Both the position numbers and the translations under genes were made by a program. The notes beneath the pieces were generated by a model. The model searched no databases and was not told the DNA's origin. It worked only from the letters and a program-made list of their open reading frames with translations. This document shows positions 1 to 12,667 of a DNA stretch of 36,359 nucleotides, in pieces. The stretch's first letter is position 1. Every line of letters starts with the position of its first letter. Source of the stretch: Atractiella rhizophila (taxonomy: Eukaryota); contig MU271640.1 of the NCBI GenBank assembly GCA_021432655.1, positions 1 through 36,359 of the forward strand. Reading direction: 5' to 3'.

Positions 1-1884
1 AAGTACGACCACAACTTACCCAGTACATAGCTCCTGCAAGACCGTTGCTCTTTATGTAATTTGTCTTGGTGACTGCGGTAGCAGGGTCGTCGTAGGAAAC
101 GAGGACACGGTTGCTTCCATAAGAGTAAGCGCCGACTTTAGACGTGTCGTCGGTAACAGTTTGCCCAGAAAGGGGAAGCGCCTTGTAGTCCCAGATTCCG
201 TTTTCCCAAGCTACCCAAATCATAAGCTCCGCGCTAGGAGAAGAGGTTTCGACACACATCCAGCTCCTACACCATTGTACGCTTGATAGAGACCGTTCGT
301 GTCCTATGACAGTATTTCAGATACCCTGTCTAATGGCGAAAGGTGGACAAGGCTCACAGCGAAAGCACGGCCGTAAAGCGGGAGACCCATGATGATCTTT
401 GAAAGGGGCGCTCCATGGCTAGTGTAGTAGCTGAGTGCAGCCTCGGTGGAGAATCCTTCAACGGGGATGAGTAATTAGGAATGTCAATGGAAGAGGCGAG
501 AGCACATACCGCTGGGGGTTCCACCGTAGAGATTGGCCTGGTGGTCCGAAACGGTAGACCACGAACCAGACTATGATGGAGAAGTTAGTGCAAGCGCGAG
601 ATAGGACGGAAAGGCATACATAGTCGTACGCCATCAAGTTGATGAAATCCAGAGCTGTTGACATCTGGGCAATGTTAAGATAGGTGTAACCAGACGGCCC
701 AGCTCCGACAGCCTATTGTAGCATAATTAATGTTTTGTTTGACACAAACAAACAAACTTACAGCAGTGAGGAGATATGGGACGCTGTCCCCTTTAGCAGC
801 GGCGTGAGAGTTCAAGGCAGTTCGGAGCTCCGTCTGAGTGAGGATTTAGCTGCCTTTCCATCTACCAGCAAGAATACGCACAAGCAAATCAGCAAATCCT
901 TGTCCCTGAGCAGTAGAGGTCGGATATTCATAGTCGATATCAATTCTGTTGAAGATGATCAGATCTTACCACGCAAGAGAAGTAGGGAGCTCACCCATCG
1001 AAACCGCAGTCCTCCATCAGGGTGATTGCGGTTTGGATGAAAGTCGCCCTCTGTATCATCATGGGCACAAGTACAATAGAAGTATCAGGAGCTTACAGCT
1101 GAGGGATTCGTGACGAAGTTGAAATGCCCGGCCTGGCCGTACGTCCATCCTCCAACTGAAAGCAAGGTCTTGAGGCCACTGTAACAGTGATGAGCAGTTT
1201 TCGCGCATGATGACTACTACATACCGGTTGGCGAGCTTGAGCTTGAATAACTGCTTGATGTTTCCTGTTAATAACTGCTTAGTGCTGCTTACCGTTCGAT
1301 TTGAGGAGTGGGATCGTACCATATACATTCGTGCCCACATCATTCCAAGAATCGCCGTCGTCTACAATCAACGTGAGCAATAACCATGAAGCAGAATAAG
1401 GAAACTGACAGTGAAGATCGAAATCAGCGTAACTGTCGGCCGATTTCAATGCACCAGTTGTTCCGTCGCTGCAGACAATTGGATTCGTAAGAATCAACGT
1501 GGAAGCGATGGCTGGGCACAAACCAATCAAAGAAAGCGTAGAGAATGTGCGTCAATTGAGACGCCGGAATGCTTTGGGGCGGGAAGTTGCGTCCAGTCGT
1601 ATAGACCCCCCATTGGGCGAAGTACCCCATGTTTATTTTGCCATTTGCGCTGGCAGAAACCTCTTGTATGGTAGCGAAGCCTCCATCAAGTGTGTAGTTG
1701 AAGCTGAGTAGAACAAAATCAGCAAGACACTACGTAAAACACACAAAATCGCATACTGAGGATTGGGCTGGATAACTTCAACGGTGGTGTTCCTCGCGAA
1801 CCCTGCTGGCCTATCCATCGAAGGCGTCGCTTGAACAGCGATCAAAGCGCTGAGAAAGGTGATGAACGACGTGGTAGACAACAT
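1..1884 (-). CDS. Secreted GH18 chitinase, multi-exon; 3' end lies beyond the left edge of the window
   Basis: Signal peptide MLSTTSFITFLSALIAVQA at 1884. Spliced exons give GYFAQWGVY..RNFPPQSIPASQLTHILYAF, NIKQLFKLK, LLSVGGWTY, catalytic FDG|IDIDYEYP (DxxDxDxE), LDFINLMAYDY, MGLPLYGRAF, VSYDDP and GLAGAMYW. An intron is open at position 1. Confidence 0.95.
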
Positions 1885-1974
1885 GATTAAGGAAATTCGA
1901 TGTTGACAACGGGGGTCGGATCGTCAGGGATGATAGAACTAGCGAACCAGCTAGCGAACTCGAATCTCTTCGAC

Positions 1975-1986
1975 CTCTTTTATATC
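1975..1986 (-). promoter_or_regulatory. TATA-like box upstream of the chitinase
   Basis: Minus strand reads GATATAAAAGAG about 95 nt upstream of the ATG at 1884. Confidence 0.5.
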
Positions 1987-3104
1987 TCGCTCTGACGCCT
2001 GAGGCGGGTGTTGAACAGGCTTCCGCCTCCTGGTGGGGAGAAAAGCATGCAACGGCGGCGCAATACATCGAGCCAAGGTGAAAGCGACTGGATTGCCGTA
2101 CACCATTTTGTTGTGCATGAACTCTGGATATCTGGTAACTTGATCAGGGACCACACGGTTCATGTGCACTATCGTGGGGAGAGGGTCTTCCTTCGCGTTG
2201 AACTTGGAATCAAGAGTCCGTGATTATTGGACTAGTCTGTGAATAGGCAGGACTTCCATTTGACCATGAAGGAAGAGGGGTCAAAATGACGCTGTCGATA
2301 GTGGGGGACCAACAGTCCGTATCTGTCTTCAGTCCTCCTGCCATGGCCCTCTATCAAGGACAAGGTCGCTTGATAAAGATGCACGCGTCTCCTCCCTTTA
2401 AGCGGCTCGCCATCCGGACCGACGGGATTTATCCATGCACTATCACGATCAGCGTGATCATGGACTATCTTGTCAATTGTAGGAGAACAAAAGGATCCCA
2501 CACGGGAATGAGCGTTCTTAAGCCTTTGATGAAACAGCAACCGCAACTCTGCCCACTCTTCCTGCTCGCGAAATTCTTGACATGTTACACACGTCAAGCA
2601 AATTGTGGAGGCTGAATCGCTTCCCAACATTGCACACCGTTACACACTGTATACCATCAATGCAGACACAATTCGCACACACCGCACAGTAGTCTTCCTA
2701 CCTTGAAGGTCACCATAAGAAACAGCGGAAATGTCTGAGGCCACTCGCCAGCCCACCTGAACCTGAACAAACCACTGACGACTCTTGCTCTCAAACTCGA
2801 TGCAAAATAAAAGAGACATGCTCTCTTAAAGCAACACGGTGCAGTAGCATTACCTTCTCTGTTTAGTTCTTCATCAAACCGCTGGGGTCATCTATTTGCA
2901 CACAATGCTCCAGACACAGCTATACGGCAATTAATTCTTATGCGTCATGTCGAAAAGAGTTGGGCCAATTAACAGGGGTATAATGGGCAATCTAACAGTA
3001 CACGCCTGCCTAACCTCACGACAAAGGCAATGAAGACTCAATAACGAAACATATACACAATTTTGAGGACACAAATGGGCTCGAACCGACCCACCGAAAC
3101 AAGA

Positions 3105-4068
3105 TCATGAAGAAGATGAAGCCGAACCATGGTTATGGTTGATCGGCTTCTTAAACCTGTACGCCGCCCTCTCTCGGTCCTCCTTCTCCTCCTCCTCCCT
3201 AGCACTGCTCGCCGTGTTCAAAGTGGCGACCCCCGCACCAGCAAGGACGAGGATGACAGCTACCGCCTGCCCCCACGAACAAAACAGGACAAGTCAACAT
3301 CAATTTCCGGGCGATTGTTCTTTGAAGTGACAGAACAACAGGGAAGTCTAGCGCACCTGAGCGTATACTCTTGCTTGAACGATCTTCTGAGCGAAGGAGA
3401 GAGGGGAGCGATAGATGTGGAAAAACGATCCTCCCAACGAGGCAGCCCATATTCCAGTGATGAGTTTCATCTTGTTGTCTTTCACCCATTCGATCCTTCG
3501 ATCATATGGGCTCATTTGCGCCATTTCGTGTTCTCGAAGAGCTTCAGGTGACGTCAGACCTGCCTGAAATTCATCCCCCGTTAGAACATGGACAAGCAAT
3601 GTGGTGGCAGCAAAGCAAAGGGAGGGAAAAAGAGAAACAAACCTGTTGCTCCCACTGAACTTCTCGTGCACCTTCCTTCGCTTTCTCCCTCCCCGAAGGG
3701 TCAGTTAACATCCGCTTGATCTCGTACTGCCTCGATCCCTCCTCTCCACCAATGACCAAGGCCATCAACCCGACTGAGACAACAGTGACTGCACGAAGTG
3801 GGATCTATCCCCAAACCGTCGCGTTGGTTTCCCTTCTACCGAAAGAAAGATGAAGACTGCGCACGGTCAGTTGCGTCACTGCACGCCAGTTTCGTCGCAC
3901 TCCCATCGCTACAACTCCCATCGCACCCAGCGTGGCAGCTCCTCCATATCCTAAGCCATAGCGGACGGTGTAGCGGTAGTGTCTACCGAGTATTATATTA
4001 ATATCCCAGACTCCCACTCAGCAAAGCAAAACGCACTCATCAATCTCTTCTTTCGTGAGAATCTTCAT
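3105..4068 (-). CDS. RCF2: HIG1-domain mitochondrial inner-membrane protein, respiratory supercomplex factor 2-like
   Basis: ATG at 4068 gives MKILTKEEIDE|HYRYTVRYGLGYGG; later exons give WVKDNKMKLITGIWAASLGGSF..SPLSFAQKIVQARVYAQ|AVAVILVLAGAG; TGA at 3107-3105. QARVYAQ is the HIG1 type-2 motif. Confidence 0.85.
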
Positions 4069-4511
4069 ATTGCTGCTCTGGTTTGTTCTCTCGCTGTCCT
4101 GAGATGGGCGTGAAATATGACGAAACAGAAGTGCTCGAGCACCCTTTTATAGGACTTATTTAGTGTGTTGTCGTCGAATGATCGAATGAGGTGAGACTCG
4201 GCAGCACCCGTGTTGTTGTGGTGCAGATGACTGTTCCGCGGCAAGAAACAAGAAAAAATTTTCTGACAAACCAAGTTTGAGTATTAGCAGCGACGAACTT
4301 CCTGCTTCCTCCCTCCTGCAACTCACGGTCGTCCTTCCTTATACCCTCTCAAGACCGCGTCAAGACAAGGCCATCGGCGTGGCTTCACCGAGAACTCACA
4401 TTCCGACAGGCTTTCTTCACTGATTTTCGGCCGCCTGAACTGCCGATCACGAATCGAGCAGGGAAGAGGGAGCACTTCGCTTCAGATTTTTCGTAGGAAG
4501 ATAGGAGGAAG

Positions 4512-7355
4512 ATGGAGTTCCAAAAGACCCTTCCAAAGCGTCATGCCACTGGGCTATCACTCACTCAGCAACCGAAGGCGAAAGAATCGCATCAATGGAG
4601 GTTGTACCGCTCTCCAATCTACCTCAAGTTCCCCGTTCCGGTTTCCAGCTTCTCCCTCACCTCTTCGCCCTCTCCAACCAACCTGTTAGCCCTACCAGCG
4701 AACTTGAACCTCTACCTCCTCAACCCGAAAAATGGCAAGACCACAAAGACGATAACGAGGTTCAAGGACGTGCTCAAAAGTGTGGGGTTGAGGAAGGACG
4801 GAAAGCTCGTCGCTGTTGGGGATGAGAAAGGGGCGGTGGGAGTGTGGGAGACGGAGAGGGGAAAGAGGGAGATGTTACGCGGAGGAAAGGTTCATGACGG
4901 GTGAGTTTCCTCTCTTGAAAAGCTTGTGGACGATGCGGGTTGTTCAATTTCAGGACCTTTATGTGTTTTTGTGAGGTTTGGGCTTATGCTGTTGCGTTTA
5001 TTCTTTACTCTTTGCCCGAGACTTTGAATGTTTTGGTACAGTCAGCAAGTCGAGAATTAAACGACACTGTCTGCTCCAGAGAACCTCCTGTTGTACTTCC
5101 TCCTCTCGAAAGCTTTGGTATACCTGTCTTCAATTGCGAAAAGAATCTGCCAAGAACTTGCGATCTCTTTTTATTAATGAAGCCTTGTTCCGGCAGAGAC
5201 GGAACTCACTCTGTGACTGAAAGGCATATCGGAAGAGGACGGACAGGTCTGCCCGTCAACGTGCTAGAAACTGTTAAAGAAGGAAGGGTTTCCTTTTGTG
5301 CAAAGAATGAGATGACGCCCATTTTGCAAACAAGAGCACCTTGCTTTGTTACCTGTGTTAACGGTGGAGTTTCATGCCACTCGATAATATTCAACATGGT
5401 CGACTTTTCTCTGGAACCTGGTCTTTTTTTCTGAGTTTGACGAGATGAGGGTGAGGCAATTGAGAAGAAAGTTGCTTTCTGTTCGCTCAGTTTTATTACG
5501 GAGAGCCGTACTGTGCAACAGTTTTGCGTCGTCGCACCATTTGCCATGGGCCCCCAGACTCGCTGGACTCTACCTTGAGGACATCAAGGGCGGAGGCCTG
5601 TGTGTGCAGCGTTACGGCCGCCCAATCTGCGCCACTTTCTCGGCTTTGTATCATGTACGATGCAGAGGCAGGATGGTTTCCCAACAGAAAACGTTTCAAT
5701 ACCTCGAGAAAGCCATTTTCTTTAGGATATATCCTACTCTTCTATTTCCTCGTCTTGCCTCGCAATCCAGCTTGAAAACAACTGGATGCTTTCGCAACAT
5801 CCAACCTCTCTCGCTTGATTTCTACACCTGTCCCTTTTTCAGGTTAAGTATCGCACTCTTGACTAACAATACTCCGACTTTACTCACAGCCCGATCAACT
5901 CGATCTCCTTTTCTCCCGTTCCAACATCAACCACCATCCTAACCGCGTCATCTGACAACACTGCGGCCCTTTTCGACCTGCCTACTGCTGCAAAAATCGC
6001 CACCTTCAAAGGGCACACAGACTACGTCAAATCCGCCTGCTTCCTACCCACCGATCACAATCTTATTCTCACCGGCTCTTATGACGGGACTGCGCGTTTG
6101 TGGGATGCAAGGATTCAGCAAGGTCCCGAGGGAGAGCAGAAAAGCAATGAAGTCGCCGTTTTCAATCATGGACAACCCGTCGAAGCTGTCCTCGTCCATC
6201 CCAAAGGCACACTCGCTATAACAGCTGGTGGAGCTATGTTGAAGGTCTGGGACTTGATGAGCTTTGGCACGGAGGAAGGAAATGGAGAGGGAACGAGTGG
6301 TCCCAGGTGCATCAAAACGATGAGGAACCATCAAAAGACAGTTACTTGCCTTGTACGCTGCTCTTATGTTCTGTACAGAGCCCGTTCCCGCTAATGCGGC
6401 GACATAGACTTGGAATGGCGATGCCACGAGACTTCTTAGTGGTGGACTTGATGGATTGGTCAAAGTCTATGATGTGGAGGAGAATTGGAAAGTTCGTCAT
6501 ACCATCAGGTATGGGGGACAAATCTTGAGCTTGCAAATCGCCGTCAGTATTGTCTTTTCCCTGATCTAACTCGCTTGCTCATGGAATCTATTTTGCTCCT
6601 AAAGGAAGACGACTCTTGCTTGCTCTGCGGTAGTGCTGACGGATCTCTCTCAATCCGTCGCCGACTTATTACCCCGAAAGAGAAGGCAGAACGAGCGGCC
6701 AGGGCAGCGGCTATCAGTCGAGGAGATTACGACAGCTTTCTAAAAGGCCAATCGCAGACCGGTATTCATTCCGGTGCTTCACTCCAAGAACCGATAAAAG
6801 TGCATGCTGGCGTGGAGCGGACGGTCCGGAGGCAGAAGAAGCAAAAGCTGAAAGAATGGGATCGGTTCCTGAAAAGCTTCCGATACGGTGAGGCACTGAA
6901 TGCGGCGCTGCAGAAGGTATGTATTCTCCTCCTCTCCGTTTTCTGTTTCCTGTGTGCTCATCATGGAAGCGGATAGGGAGTGTTGCCTCCAACCACGTTT
7001 GCAGTACTGCTCGAACTCATCCATCGCGATGGACTTCATTCAGCGCTCGCGTCTAGAGATGATGTTTCCCTCGAGCCTATTCTTTCGTTCCTCCTGCGGC
7101 ATGTAACAGACCCTCGATATTGCGTTACGACTTGTGACGTCGCCACAGTTCTAATAGGTTAGTCCACTAAACCTTCCTTCTCGCTTCTCACTGATCCTGG
7201 CTGCAGAGATATACACCCCCGTTCTGGGACAGTCTCCAGTAATAGATGACCTCTTTCGACGACTGTGGAAGAAGGTAGCTGACGAGTTGCAAGTTCAGAA
7301 GGAGCTCACGCAAGTTAGAGGAGCCTTAGATATGATTCTCGCAAATACAGCCTAA
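4512..7355 (+). CDS. UTP15: U3 snoRNA-associated WD40 protein 15 (SSU processome t-UTP)
   Basis: TKTITRFKDV..LRKDGKLVAVGDEKG, FKGHTDYVKS, GSYDGTARLWD, HGQPVEAVL, RNHQKTVTCL, and C-terminal KLKEWDRFLKSFRYGEAL, ELIHRDGLHSALASRDDVSLEPIL. First intron 4901-5889; stop TAA at 7353-7355. Confidence 0.93.
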
Positions 7356-7565
7356 AAATCACATATCGATTTCATCTATCCAACTACCGAGACGTGACAG
7401 GAGAATCGAAAAGAAGATAGTTCATAAAATGCATAAGCCGTATACGGTTCCACTATTCAAGCGACATATGAGTGAGAATAAAGAGTAATGATACAACTGA
7501 AGCGACGATTAGGTGCTACACAAGCATCGATGAACATATCGTAATTTTGCAATGAAAACAACTCT

Positions 7566-9420
7566 TCAAAAGGCATCATCGTAAACGACCCAGCGGACTC
7601 CGTCAAGGACACGCACGCCCCCTTCATCGACTTCCACATCAGTCACTTCTGCACCCGAACGGCTGCTAGCTGACGCTCCAAGCGCCAACAGCGCAGCTAC
7701 CTGATCAGAATTGAGAGATCTAGAGCTAGCCTCCTGAGCACGCTCTGCCGAAGTGAGTCTTCTCGGTACATCGGACCTCGACGAGTTTCGCTCAGATCCT
7801 CTTCGTGGTTCGGAAGTGGACGTCGTCGTACGACGGAGGAATGGAACTCGATCTGGAGAGATGTCCCGTCCCAATCGAGGCGGTACCATAGTAGTATTCG
7901 GTTCTGGATGACTTGTCATAGAGTGACCAAAGTCGGTGTCCAACGACACATCAACAACGTCTCTATCTCTCCATCCCTCTCCCACTCGCCTTGCGCGATC
8001 TCGACTGCGGCGAATCGATGTGAATCGATCGAAATCATTCGAAACAGGAGGCACGGGCTCGCTGTCTGCCATCGCTCTCACCTCTCCAGAAAGATTGTGC
8101 GAGGTCCTTCGTCGTCGAATAGAATTTGTGCGTTGGAGCGATCTGGGCACAGTCCAGCTCAGTGGATCAGAAGCTCGCGAGCCGTTCTGACTCGAACTAG
8201 TGAGCCATAATCGGGAGGGAGAAAAGCTTTCCGAGCTACCACTTGCTTGTGAGATCGTACTGAGTGCTGGAAGAGTCATTGGACGCGTTGACGGTGGAGC
8301 GCCAGCCATCGAAGACGGATTAGCGGAGCTGCTGGTGGAGCTCGATTCCAACCGCAGAATACCCGGAATGGATCCTTCTGATAATCGATCCTCATTGCCA
8401 TGCCTCGACTGGTATTGACGGTAAGATGGGAACGGATAAAACCGAGTTGAAGGTTGGTCCCATTCTGGTGCAGGGTCGGTATAACTGGAGCGGTCCTCGC
8501 CAGAAGCTGGAGGGGTTGGGAGTTCAGGTATATCGGAATGCTGCCTCCAGGATGGGGGATATGACAAACGGCGACGTTCGTGAATGCCTGAATGAGACTG
8601 TAGGTCGCCATCGAGATTGGGAAGGTCCAAAGAGCTCAAGTTGTGAGGAATGCTGCTTCGACTGGTCTGAGCTGTCGTCGTTTCTTCCCGTGACGTTTCA
8701 GGGACAACAGTGACCGCGTCATCGTCCTGGATATTTCTTGTCCTAGAAATGCGCTCCTCCCAAACATTCCACGGTGGGGACCTCCGAGCACTTTCAATGT
8801 TTTCCCGCACGACGCTACCATGCAAAGGACCCCAATTACGGTCAACAACCCGAGGCGGAAGGTAAGGGTCAAAGAAGTCATCAATCGGAGGCAATTCAAT
8901 TTCTTCAAAGCTTGAGCCATCCTCTGCCGTTCGATGGCGCCTAAGCGCATTTCTAGTGTGAAGGAATTGGTGCATCCGTAACTGAGGCGGGGGAACGATC
9001 GGAGGTTGCGTGGTTGAGCGAACAGAGGATGTTGGAGGGGTGTTTAGCACAGACTGTGTGAGAAAATGATCAAATAAGGAAAACCCAAAAGGGAGAGGGA
9101 AAACAAAAAACCAACAAGCGGCCAAAAAACCAATGGAACCGAAAAACCGCCAAGGTTAAACTGGTAAAGAAAGCCTGAAAACTCCTTTGCCCCCCCGCCC
9201 CCCCCCCCCCCCTGGCAACCCCCCTCCCAACCCCCAAGCAACTCCAACCAAGGGGGAAAACACTTTCTCAATCCCAATTCTCTTAAACATAGCAGAGAAC
9301 ATACATAAGGCATCTCATTTTGTCGCTCATCTCCTGATCCCATCCCGCTAAAGATCTTCGAGCGTCTGGTTCAGCACGCGTCTGGCGTACTGAGTAGACA
9401 ACTCACTTTACGCCCATTCT
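7566..9420 (-). CDS. Hypothetical protein with a long Ser/Arg/Pro-rich disordered last exon; 5' structure uncertain
   Basis: Open frame of about 490 codons from ~9040 to 7566 with coding-like composition, ending VLDGVRWVVYDDAF*. Splice donors near 9305 and 9405 suggest upstream exons, but 9060-9290 is garbled. Confidence 0.6.
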
Positions 9421-9702
9421 TCACGATTCCAAAGCTGGTATAGCTTCCCTACCCACTCTTTCGCCAATCTCCAATGCCACACCGTTTCTAAGCTCAAAAG
9501 CAATGGAAATCGCTGTGGCAGTCACTTTGCTCACAACGAGTTCGTGGAAAAGGTTGGTTTGCACGAGGGCCGGGGACGGACACGCAGGTTTCGGTTCCGC
9601 TCCGACCTTACACGTGACCTTCGCCAATGGTCTCAGACATTTTGATCAGGCAAGGGACCTCGTCGTCGAAGGCTGTCGGTCCATATACCCAGCATGGAGA
9701 TC

Positions 9703-10846
9703 ATGAATTCACTCTTTTTGTTGTGTACTCTCTTTGCAACTCTGTCCAAAGCAAACGATGGCTTTCCCGACAACTACAACATGCCTCTGTCTGGAAGCGC
9801 CTCTGTGACCCATTACGACTTACCCTTGGACTTTGTTGCGTGAGTTTCCATGCTTATCAGGTTATGACATTTGATGAGTCTGGTTGGTTGTGCTCAGTGC
9901 TTGTGGTTGTACAAATGGAACTTATCTATATCCAGTCGCTGCTTTGAGCAGGATGGCATACGGGAGCTGCAAGTACTCTATCTGCTTGATGGGACCACTC
10001 TGACGTTTTATACAGCTAGCGGATACGGACCCGGATGTGGCAGGTGCTTTCGAGTAACACTCAAGCAACCCGTTGTAGCCGATCCCCCATTCATGTGTGC
10101 TTTTGTCTTGTCGTCTATCCCTCAGGCTCTCTAACTTTCGCTGTGGTACAGACTTCCTGAAAGCTCTCGTCCTTCTGCAGTGTTCAAGATCGTTGATGGT
10201 ATCCTTGCATCTCTATCTTGGAACAACAAGCTAACAGACCTCCCCAGCTTGCCCTTCTCCGGATCTGTGCTTGGCGACCGAGAAGAAGCAAAACTCAGTA
10301 CGCTGTTTCGTCTTTCTTGTCCCTTATTTCGAGCGCTGACTGCTGATTAAAACTACTACCGCTCTTTAGGTAGGAGAGACGACGCATTTCGACATCTTTT
10401 CTCCATCGCCAGCGATTCCCATCACTTGGTTTCCTTCTGACGAAGCAACATACCATTACACTGATTTTGGGACATGTTCGTTAATCCCTCTTCTCCCCGA
10501 GGAGTCAGCGCTAATATTCCACTTGAAGGGTATGCCGACTATGAATCTGTTTCTTGTACCGCATGGGGTGGTTATACCGACCCGGCAGCTCAAGGAACGT
10601 CGTCGACATTCCTCGACCCAAGCATAGGATGTTGCCCAGCCGATCCACTCACAGTACGCTCTCTCTACCTTCACATCCGAATCAGCATTGCTGACGTTCG
10701 GACAGGACAACCAAATTTGTCCTGTCCAAGCAACTGCTGAAGGAACGAGCGGAACCTCAGCCAACTTCCAGCTTACAGCGACATATTGGCTGTCAGGAAT
10801 CTCAGCTTTCATGGCCTTCTGTTTCCTTGCGCAAGATTGGATTTAA
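9703..10846 (+). CDS. Secreted GH45 subfamily C / endoglucanase V-like (double-psi beta-barrel) protein, possibly GPI-anchored
   Basis: Signal peptide MNSLFLLCTLFATLSKA; exons give ASVTHYDLPLDFVAACGC..PVAALSRMAYGS..YGPGCGRCFRVTL, THFDIFSPS..WFPSDE..YTDFG, YESVSCTAWGGY, GCCPADP; hydrophobic C-terminal tail; TAA at 10844-10846. Confidence 0.8.
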
Positions 10847-11266
10847 ATTATCTTCATTGTAATATTCGATACATTTTCACCAGGAAACTGCGACCAGTTT
10901 ATCCTCCAAGCTCCTCTGATAGCCCTTGTTCGCATTGTACTTGAATGCCTCTTTGGGTACTGGTTGTTATCGCGCCTATCGACAAGACAGTTCAGACCTG
11001 ACCCTAGTGAGCAGTCTCATTCCTGGTTTGAAGTTCACAACATCTATTCTCAACCCATGCTAGCATACATGTTCAGGATGCCAATGCTTCCATTGTCATC
11101 AAGGTTTGCCTTGGTCACTTTCCTGTCCTATTGGGGAAGTTAGGAGAAGCGACGAGACTTCATTTTAAACACATATGTTACAACCATTTTGAAGACGAAA
11201 CTATCGAAGGAATGGAACACCCAAAAACGAAACAAAGCAATTTACACCGCAGCAAACTCGACCAAC

Positions 11267-12382
11267 TTACTGTTTCTTTTCTTCTTTCGCATCCTCCTTT
11301 TGAACCTCTGCTTTCCTTTCGTTCCACTCCTTTTCCACCTCTTCCGCCCACTTCATACTCTCTTCCTCCGAAAAGGCCGCCTTCGACCCCTTAATATGAC
11401 CATCTGGCTCTTTCATTGCAAAGGGATTGAAAGTCGTTTGCCTCTTCAGATTAGCAAGAGTGTGGTTGACAAACTAAACCGCGGCCGCGTTCAGAATATC
11501 CAAGTTGGGAAAGGTCAAAGTGAAATGCTCACGCGATGAGTTGCTTCATCTGCTCGAATGACATAAAGCACATCGACCATTTTGGCGTCTGGTCCTAGCC
11601 TCCAATAGTCTTTCGCAATGTTCGGAGCATCAAGGTTGGTCCATTCGGGCACTCTTCCAGCTTCCAGCTCCTGTCAACCATCGTAACCGTAAGTTTCAAC
11701 GCTGAACGCCAAGAATTGCCCACATACCTCAATGGCGCATGAGTACGTGAAAACGGCTTCTTCTTCAAGTTTTCCCTATCATTCACATCAGCTTCAAAAC
11801 GAAAGCAAAAAGCAAGTTGGAGTGACTCACCACAAAGCGATGGGCGATTCGTGGGGACAACATATAGGAGAGAAAGAACAAGTTGAAAAATACGCTTTAG
11901 TCGATCGATTCATGAGTTCCCCTATCTCTTAAAACAAAAGAGGAGCAGACCCTTGGGCTCCAAGCACAACGAGACGCTGTTTCAGGTCGTTAAGCTTCGT
12001 TCCGGCACGGAGGAGCAAAGATGCGTACAAAGAACCAACCGGGCTCTGAGATCTTCATGAATGTCATCAAGTGCATTCTTTCATTTTCAGCCTCCTCAAG
12101 CAATTCTACACTCCCGGTCAGTTCCGTTCCTCTGGCATTTTCAACAGGAAACTCACTATGGATCCATCCTCCATCCCGACGCATCAGTCTCAGCGAGCGC
12201 AAGTGTCTCAACATTGCTGCTACGAATCCTGGGACGCCAGCGATGGACTCCAAGAATAGGAAACGCATCATCCATTGATCTGTGACCACGTCAACTTCAT
12301 CCTACATGTTGCGTCAAGGCTGCTCACCAGGAGTCATGATGATGCCTCTCTTTCGTAATTCTTCCACTGACATGTTCCTGCC
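11267..12382 (-). CDS. AOX1: Alternative oxidase: catalytic core intact, normal N-terminus missing (possible pseudogene or chimera)
   Basis: [96 protein letters not shown] at 11269-11267. The frame is closed upstream by a TGA four codons before the ATG at 12373. Confidence 0.9.
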
Positions 12383-12438
12383 TCACAGACGACTGCCAGC
12401 GCGCTCGAAGGAACGAAGCGAATGAGAAAGCAACTAAC

Positions 12439-12667
12439 CAGAAGTGCCAAAGAAAGGTGTCACCTCCAAATCCTTCGCCTCTTCCGCCTTCTCCGGATTC
12501 CCCAACGCCTTCTCAGTCAGACTGGGATGGAGCTCCCCAGCTTGGATAATCAAAGACTGTATAGACTGACAAAGCAAGCTTTTCTCCTCGCTGGTCATAA
12601 CTTCGTTGTTTTGGGCTGCAAGATGAGGGGGATTGGAAAATGGGTTTTCAAAATATCGATTGGCCAT
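12439..12667 (-). pseudogene. Orphan first exon of a LanC-like (LanCL) protein
   Basis: MANRYFENPFSNPPHL..EEKSLLCQSIQSLI..DLEVTPFFGTSG followed by a GTTAGT donor at 12438. Resembles the eukaryotic LanCL N-terminus (R-x-F-x-N-P-[FY]) and first GxxG motif from memory; paralogous to the ORF start at 18676. No further LanCL exons follow. Confidence 0.6.

Noticed and set aside
2232..2720. 132-aa minus ORF, overlapping plus ORF and Cys-rich upstream frame
   Set aside because: No recognisable domain, terminal repeats or consistent splice model; may be a decayed fragment but cannot be supported.
10870..11200. Coding-like fragments with splice-like signals on the minus strand between the GH45 gene and AOX
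   Set aside because: They could not be joined into an open spliced frame.
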